This document shows positions 59,128 through 64,000 of a stretch of 64,000 bases of DNA, piece after piece. The stretch's first letter is position 1, and each line of letters begins with the position of its first letter. The notes under the pieces were generated by a model, which was given only the letters and a program-made list of their open reading frames with translations, had not been told where the DNA came from and ran no database searches. Both the position numbers and the translations under genes were made by a program. Source of the DNA: a virus; the IMG/VR virus record IMGVR_UViG_3300043409_001318, positions 96,001-160,000 of that record. One strand, written 5' to 3'.

Positions 59128-59892
59128 ATGAATGTTAATGAAACTAAAGTTAGACAAATAATCAAAGAAGAACTAAAACAATATTTAATTGAAGAAGGTT
59201 TTTTTGATACCATAAAAAGTTTTGGTAAAAAAGTATTTGGTGGAGAACAAAAGAAAGGCAGAGACGAAACTGACAGACCAAGTTCACAACAAGTACAATC
59301 AGTTAGAGCAAATTATGCGAAAGACGTTCAAAGTTATAAATATGGATTTCCTATAAAAGCTTTACCAGATTTGGAAAAAGCGTTAACTTATTATAGAACA
59401 CTATCAAAACGTGATGAAGCTGGTGCTGTTGAAGCTGTAGCAAAAGTTATGATGCATCTTCAAAGAAGTTTGGTTAAGAAAAAATCTTTGAATGATTTGG
59501 CTAATGGAGAAATTCAATCATACCAAACATTTATAAAAGATATAGAAGATCATATTAAACAACCATCACTTGAACTAAATGAAAATCTATCTTCCGATAA
59601 AGCTATTGATACTGCACTTGTAATACCAAATAATATTGTTTCACAAGTATTAGTAGGATTACAAGATTTTATATTTGATGAATTATCAGACAAATATGAT
59701 TTTAATGAAATATTTAATAAAGAACGAATAAGACAAGAATTTCAAGCATTAAAAAATGAAGTTAATAGTTCTGCCCCAAAAAAACAACAACAATCAAAAC
59801 CAGCTTCGCAAACAAGTGCCGAAGAAGGTTTTACAGATACTTATTTAGAAGAAATTAGACGTAAGAGAGCGAAATGGATAAAAATGATTTAA
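59128..59892 (+). CDS. IIxEE-leader protein with amphipathic helix after the leader
   Basis: MNVNETKVRQIIKEELKQYLIEEGFFDTIKSFGKKVFGG. Confidence 0.7.
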   Translation: MNVNETKVRQIIKEELKQYLIEEGFFDTIKSFGKKVFGGEQKKGRDETDRPSSQQVQSVRANYAKDVQSYKYGFPIKALPDLEKALTYYRTLSKRDEAGAVEAVAKVMMHLQRSLVKKKSLNDLANGEIQSYQTFIKDIEDHIKQPSLELNENLSSDKAIDTALVIPNNIVSQVLVGLQDFIFDELSDKYDFNEIFNKERIRQEFQALKNEVNSSAPKKQQQSKPASQTSAEEGFTDTYLEEIRRKRAKWIKMI

Positions 59893-60296
59893 AGAAAATT
59901 TTAAAACCTCTTGTTAAAGCCTTAGTAAAAGAAGCGATGCAAGAGGAATTATCCACAGTAATAAGTGAGATAATAAAACAAACAGCAGGATCATCACAAA
60001 TAGTTGAAAGAAAACAACCAACTATCGATCCAAGATTACAACAAGAAAGAACGATTGCTAAACAACAAGCACAAAGCGAAAGAAAGAAGATGCTTGAAGA
60101 ATTAAGCAAAAAGTCTTATGGTGGTATAAATATATTTGAAGGAACAACTCCATTAGGAAAAGGTGGAGATTTAACAGAAGGCAGATCGTTAACACCATCA
60201 GCAGGAGAACCCTTGTCTGGTGTAGACCCACATGATCCGGGTGTTGATATTGGTGGCCTTCTTAAACTTACTGGTGGTTGGAGACAAATTAAATGA
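59874..60296 (+). CDS. Head-module protein with variant leader
   Basis: MDKNDLKKILKPLVKALVKEAMQEE. Confidence 0.7.
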   Translation: MDKNDLKKILKPLVKALVKEAMQEELSTVISEIIKQTAGSSQIVERKQPTIDPRLQQERTIAKQQAQSERKKMLEELSKKSYGGINIFEGTTPLGKGGDLTEGRSLTPSAGEPLSGVDPHDPGVDIGGLLKLTGGWRQIK

Positions 60297-61288
60297 AAAG
60301 AATAACAGAGCAACAAATTAGAAAAGTTATAAGAGAAGAAATTAAATCTTATCTTTTGGAACAAGAAGAACCAAAAAAAGATGATAAACCAAAATCTAAA
60401 TTTAGAAAAATTATAACTTCTACAGCAGTTGCTTTGTTAGGATTTTTAGCTGGAACTTCCTATAACCCAGAAGTGCAAGCAGTAATACCAGCACCAATAG
60501 AAGACATTGGTAGTGATGGTGGTAGTGGTGGAGGTGGTAGTGGTAGTGGTAGTGGTCTGGAGGAACTATCAAATCTTATTGAACTTACTACGGAAGAATT
60601 AATAAAGTTAGGCGCAACAGAACAATACGCACAAAGTTTAATTTCTAGAACTGTTGAATATGGAAATATAGAATTTGAAAGGTATGTTACAAAAAAAGGT
60701 ATTAAGGATCGAGACAGAGCAGAACAATATGAATCATTTATGTTATCTAGGTTTTCTGCTTTACAAAATCCAGAAGCACTTTCAAAAGTAGCATCACAAG
60801 ATTTCTTACAACAAGCGCAATCAGTTGGTACACATCGCATTATGGCTACACAGATAAAACCAGTAACTAGAGAAACGAAGGTTGGAACACCTATTCCATC
60901 TTATTCTTTACAAGTTGCTTTTGCTTATGAAATGTTAACTATTGTTGAAGAAGAAGATAAATTACCAAAAGAAACACCAAAGGTATACACTCAAATGATT
61001 GTTGATTCTTTTAATAAAGAAACAAATTCTTATGTAATAATACCAACTATTCTTCCATTTTTCCAACAAGTAGCAAAAGAGGGTTCTCCATTCCAAAAAG
61101 CCATATTAGATGTAATACCACAAGTAAAAGTCGATGCTTCTATATTTGAAGAAGAACAAAATAATAATGTTATGGAAAAAATAAACAAAGGATTAGGTGC
61201 TACAGTTAGAAATAAAAAATCAGTAGAAGAAAATAAAGTTAATAAATTAAGACAAAAAATAAACGAATTGAGAGGTGTTTATGTCTAA
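60293..61288 (+). CDS. IIxEE-leader protein with TM-like segment and Gly/Ser linker
   Basis: MKRITEQQIRKVIREEIKSYLLEQ; IITSTAVALLGFLAGTSY; GGSGGGGSGSGSG. Confidence 0.7.
   Translation: MKRITEQQIRKVIREEIKSYLLEQEEPKKDDKPKSKFRKIITSTAVALLGFLAGTSYNPEVQAVIPAPIEDIGSDGGSGGGGSGSGSGLEELSNLIELTTEELIKLGATEQYAQSLISRTVEYGNIEFERYVTKKGIKDRDRAEQYESFMLSRFSALQNPEALSKVASQDFLQQAQSVGTHRIMATQIKPVTRETKVGTPIPSYSLQVAFAYEMLTIVEEEDKLPKETPKVYTQMIVDSFNKETNSYVIIPTILPFFQQVAKEGSPFQKAILDVIPQVKVDASIFEEEQNNNVMEKINKGLGATVRNKKSVEENKVNKLRQKINELRGVYV
60509..60556 (+). repeat. GGTAGT/GGT microrepeat encoding a Gly-Ser linker
   Basis: ggtagtgatggtggtagtggtggaggtggtagtggtagtggtagtggt. Confidence 0.8.
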
Positions 61289-61562
61289 AAGTAAGAATCT
61301 TCACGCAAAAGTAATCCCAAAGAAGGGAGAACCTTTTGAAAGAATGGTAAAGAGATTTTTAAAGAAAGTAAAAAAAGAACAAGTTATAGAACAAGTTAAA
61401 GATAGAAGATATTATGAAAAACCATCTGTTACCAAAAAGAAAGAAAAACTTGCTGGAATTGCTAGATGGAAAAAGTTTGAAGCAGATAAAAGAAAGAAAG
61501 AAACATTAAAAGAAGCTAATTATAATAAACGTGTAGATAACAATAAAAGAAGGGAAGATTAA
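61281..61562 (+). CDS. rpsU: Phage-encoded ribosomal protein bS21 with basic C-terminal extension
   Basis: KKGEPFERMVKRFLKKVKKEQVIEQVKDRRYYEKPS; GAGGTG immediately upstream of ATG 61281. Confidence 0.88.
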   Translation: MSKSKNLHAKVIPKKGEPFERMVKRFLKKVKKEQVIEQVKDRRYYEKPSVTKKKEKLAGIARWKKFEADKRKKETLKEANYNKRVDNNKRRED

Positions 61563-61564
61563 AA

Positions 61565-61990
61565 ATGTCACAACAATATCCTTATGGTGTTGGATTACAG
61601 AATGTAGGTTCTTATCAAGTATCTGGTATACCATTTTTAACCGGTTCGATACAAGTAGTTAAAGATGCTGCACCAATAGAAATATCTTTTCCACAAGTTA
61701 CTAAAAGAATAGTAGTAGGTTGTAAAAATGGAAGTAACGATGTTAGAGTTGGTTTCTCTAGTAATGGAGTAAGTAATGGTAATTTCTTTTCACTTTCTGC
61801 TGGTACAACCGCAGCCTCAAGATTAACTCTGGATGTTAAAGTTTCAAGTATTTGGTTATTTTGTAATGTTGGTTCTACTACTTCAGTAGTAGATGTTTCA
61901 GCAGAACTTACAAATATAGATACTAATTTATTATTGCGATCTGGTCCAACTGGTTTACCAAATTGGTCTGGTTCAGTAGGGGTAGGATAA
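61565..61990 (+). CDS. Beta-rich virion-associated hypothetical protein
   Basis: GLQNVGSYQVSGIPFLTGS; predicted beta-sandwich. Confidence 0.55.
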   Translation: MSQQYPYGVGLQNVGSYQVSGIPFLTGSIQVVKDAAPIEISFPQVTKRIVVGCKNGSNDVRVGFSSNGVSNGNFFSLSAGTTAASRLTLDVKVSSIWLFCNVGSTTSVVDVSAELTNIDTNLLLRSGPTGLPNWSGSVGVG

Positions 61991-61991
61991 A

Positions 61992-63272
61992 ATGAGTAGA
62001 TTTGGTTGGGCTTATGTTAATGATGTTATAACTGGCTCTGGTGGAACACCCGGAGGAACTGATAAAGCAATTCAATTTGCTTCTGGTTCTACTTTCAGCG
62101 GCTCAACTAATTTTACTTTTGATTATACAACAAATACAGTAAGATTAACTGGAACTTTACATGCTGATAATTTAATTGTATCTTCATCAACAATCTTTAA
62201 ATCTGGTTCAACTAAATTTGGTGATGATCCAACAGACACACACCAATTTACTGGTTCTGTTCTTGTTTCTGGTTCACTAACAGCAACAAACACAATAACA
62301 GCAACATCAGCATCATTTTTAGATTACGTCCAATTAGGAACTTCTTTAAGTGATGAAGTTTATTTTAATGCTAGTTCAAAAACAAATATTCAACCAGCAA
62401 CAACAAATGACGTAGATCTTGGTGCTTCATCAAGATTTTGGAGAACTGGTTATATAACAACCTTATCTTCTTCCGCTATTTCTTCTTCTGTTAGCGTAAA
62501 GACAGGAGAGATAACAGCAACTGCTATTGTTTTAAATGGTAATCTTTCCAGTTCTGGTAACATAAACGGCTCTGGATTACAAATATCTGGTGGTGGTTCT
62601 TTTGGATCAAATGTTACTGTAACTGGCTCAATATCATCCTCAGCCAATTTACAAACTGCTGGTGATGTTACAGCAGGAATGAATTTAACAATAAATAATT
62701 TTGCTATTATTAAAAATGGTTTAACAGTAACTGGTAGTTCTATTATTACTGGTAGTCTGACTGTAATAGGTATTATGTCTGCTAGTTCTATTAGTGGTGA
62801 TGGAAACAATATAACTGGTATTAATGGTGCTAACGTTAATGGTGTTGGAGATGATTGGACTATTCAATTTAAAAATGGAGTAGGTGGAACTTTAACAGGT
62901 TCTTCTAACTTAACTTTTAGTGGAAGCACATTTATTTTATCGGCAAACCTTAACGTAACTGGTGCAATTAAAGGTGGATATGCTACATATTCATCTAACA
63001 CTTCCATACCAAACACATCTTATTTTGTTGGTTTAAATAGCGTATCTTCTGTTCTTACTGCCAGTTTAACAGGATCAATTAACTATCCACAAGGACAAAT
63101 TTTAATATTTAAAGATGTTGGTGGATATGCTGGAACAAACAATATTTTAATTCAAGCAAGCGGATCAGAAACTATTGATGGTGCTTCTGGTGTTTCACTA
63201 ACAGCAAATTCATCAAGTGTTTCAATTATATCAAATGGTTCAAATGGATTTTATATAGTAGGAATAGTTTAA
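61992..63272 (+). CDS. Tail-fibre-like Ser/Gly/Thr-rich protein
   Basis: SGSTKFGDDPTDTHQFTGS, many TGS/SGS repeats, C-terminal IFKDVGGYAGTNNILIQASGSETIDG module. Confidence 0.65.
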   Translation: MSRFGWAYVNDVITGSGGTPGGTDKAIQFASGSTFSGSTNFTFDYTTNTVRLTGTLHADNLIVSSSTIFKSGSTKFGDDPTDTHQFTGSVLVSGSLTATNTITATSASFLDYVQLGTSLSDEVYFNASSKTNIQPATTNDVDLGASSRFWRTGYITTLSSSAISSSVSVKTGEITATAIVLNGNLSSSGNINGSGLQISGGGSFGSNVTVTGSISSSANLQTAGDVTAGMNLTINNFAIIKNGLTVTGSSIITGSLTVIGIMSASSISGDGNNITGINGANVNGVGDDWTIQFKNGVGGTLTGSSNLTFSGSTFILSANLNVTGAIKGGYATYSSNTSIPNTSYFVGLNSVSSVLTASLTGSINYPQGQILIFKDVGGYAGTNNILIQASGSETIDGASGVSLTANSSSVSIISNGSNGFYIVGIV

Positions 63273-63273
63273 T

Positions 63274-63441
63274 ATGGCAAAAGAATTAGTATTAATAAAT
63301 AATGTTTGGGTCATAAGAACTGTTACCCCAACAACTTCGGAAAGAACAGTAACTTATTCTTACGGTTCTACAATAACTCAAGCAGAATTTGGTTCTGTTT
63401 CAAATATAAATATAAGTTCAACAACAGGGAGCGTAGCATAA
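63274..63441 (+). CDS. Small hypothetical protein (55 aa; not in the ORF track)
   Basis: MAKELVLINNVWVIRTVTPTTSERT...; fills the gap exactly. Confidence 0.55.
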   Translation: MAKELVLINNVWVIRTVTPTTSERTVTYSYGSTITQAEFGSVSNINISSTTGSVA

Positions 63442-63442
63442 C

Positions 63443-64000
63443 ATGAGTTTACCAGTATTAAATTGGAAAGCATTACCATTAGTAACTTTAACGTCTGGCA
63501 CAATAGGCGCAGTTATGAAAGGTATTTATGATGCTTTTACATCTTCCGTTTATATAGATGGAAGCCCCAGAGTTACAGGTTCAGCTTCTGCTTGGACTTT
63601 CGCACAAGAACTTTCTGGTTCCACAGTTGAAGCAGTTTGGGGTATTGCTCCAACTGGTTCATTAAATCAAAGAGTTGTTTTAGCTGGTTCTTCCAGAACT
63701 GGTTTAACTCCTTTTTTAGCATTTCCAGACACAGCATACGCTCCTGCCACACTTTATACAAGCGTTGCTAAAAATGCTTCTACTTATACAACTTGGAATG
63801 GAGCTGAACCATTTAGTTCTGGTTCTTTCTTTGGTTATTGGAAAACTTGGGTTACTTCATCTGGTACTCCACAAATTGTAAGATGTTTAGAATCACAAGA
63901 AGCAATAGCAGTATTTATACAAAATACTACTGCTAATAACGTTTATGGTTCTATTGCTGGTGCTATTCTTGATCCAGAGTCAACAGATACAGCAATTGAC
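63443..64000 (+). CDS. 3'-truncated Ser/Thr/Gly-rich hypothetical virion protein
   Basis: ATG 63443, open to the window end (MSLPVLNWKALPLVTLTSG...); the 63573 track ORF is an alternate frame of it. Confidence 0.7.
   Translation, partial: MSLPVLNWKALPLVTLTSGTIGAVMKGIYDAFTSSVYIDGSPRVTGSASAWTFAQELSGSTVEAVWGIAPTGSLNQRVVLAGSSRTGLTPFLAFPDTAYAPATLYTSVAKNASTYTTWNGAEPFSSGSFFGYWKTWVTSSGTPQIVRCLESQEAIAVFIQNTTANNVYGSIAGAILDPESTDTAID

Larger units (their letters stand above)
1..64000. mobile_element. Segment of a large tailed (myovirus-like, distantly T4-related) bacteriophage genome
   Basis: Terminase, portal, prohead protease, gp25/gp6 baseplate, primase, SbcCD, RuvC-like and bS21 genes; tight co-oriented packing with TAATG/ATGA overlaps; Shine-Dalgarno sites; no host housekeeping context. 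Confidence 0.95.

Noticed and set aside
59070-59138. 22-codon ORF (MRWCIYLHH...) across the hairpin
   Set aside because: No SD, and it overlaps the terminator, hairpin and next start; likely spurious.
1953-60840. About 30 short minus-strand and alternate-frame ORFs in the track
   Set aside because: They are nested in well-supported + strand genes and have no motifs; only 50674..51150 fills a real gap.
1-64000. Alternative genetic code or stop-codon reassignment
   Set aside because: Code 11 gives full-length conserved genes, and TAA, TAG and TGA all end real genes.
1-64000. tRNA, rRNA, CRISPR array, intron, intein or homing endonuclease
   Set aside because: No T-loop/cloverleaf, repeat-spacer array or insertion was seen; intergenic gaps are almost all under 90 nt, and terminase and primase have normal lengths.

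Overview
The whole window is a dense, AT-rich, almost entirely + strand segment of a large tailed phage with distant T4-like structural genes. It resembles uncultured large aquatic phages that carry ribosomal protein bS21. No host chromosomal genes, rRNA, tRNA, CRISPR array or integrase are visible. Layout: (1) 1-12.3 kb, a glycan biosynthesis island with glycosyltransferases (GT2 x2, GT11, a split GT4-like gene), HddA kinase, GmhA isomerase, a cytidylyltransferase-fold enzyme, a small HAD protein, three methyltransferases, a CapK/PaaK-like ligase, a nucleotide-sugar dehydrogenase and two epimerases. (2) 12.3-13.7 kb, small genes and a sigma-factor-like gene. (3) 13.7-44 kb, baseplate/tail module with an M15 peptidase hub, HxH spike, gp25, gp6, a LamG-containing giant wedge protein and paralogous collar-like genes. 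(4) 44-49.3 kb, RuvC-like resolvase, J-domain protein, primase and a fused SbcD-SbcC. (5) 49.3-51.2 kb, lysis-like membrane genes, a Cys-rich protein and the only minus-strand gene. (6) 51.2-61.3 kb, head module with large terminase, portal, prohead protease and six proteins sharing an N-terminal 'K-x-I-I-x-E-E' leader. (7) bS21, then tail-fibre-like genes running off the end. The most notable signals are the shared leader family (a candidate capsid-cargo targeting system), a recurring CTAWWTA motif before virion genes versus sigma70-type promoters before enzyme genes, the hybrid heptose/glycan pathway, and bS21. All functional calls come from motif recognition by eye; no database search was run.
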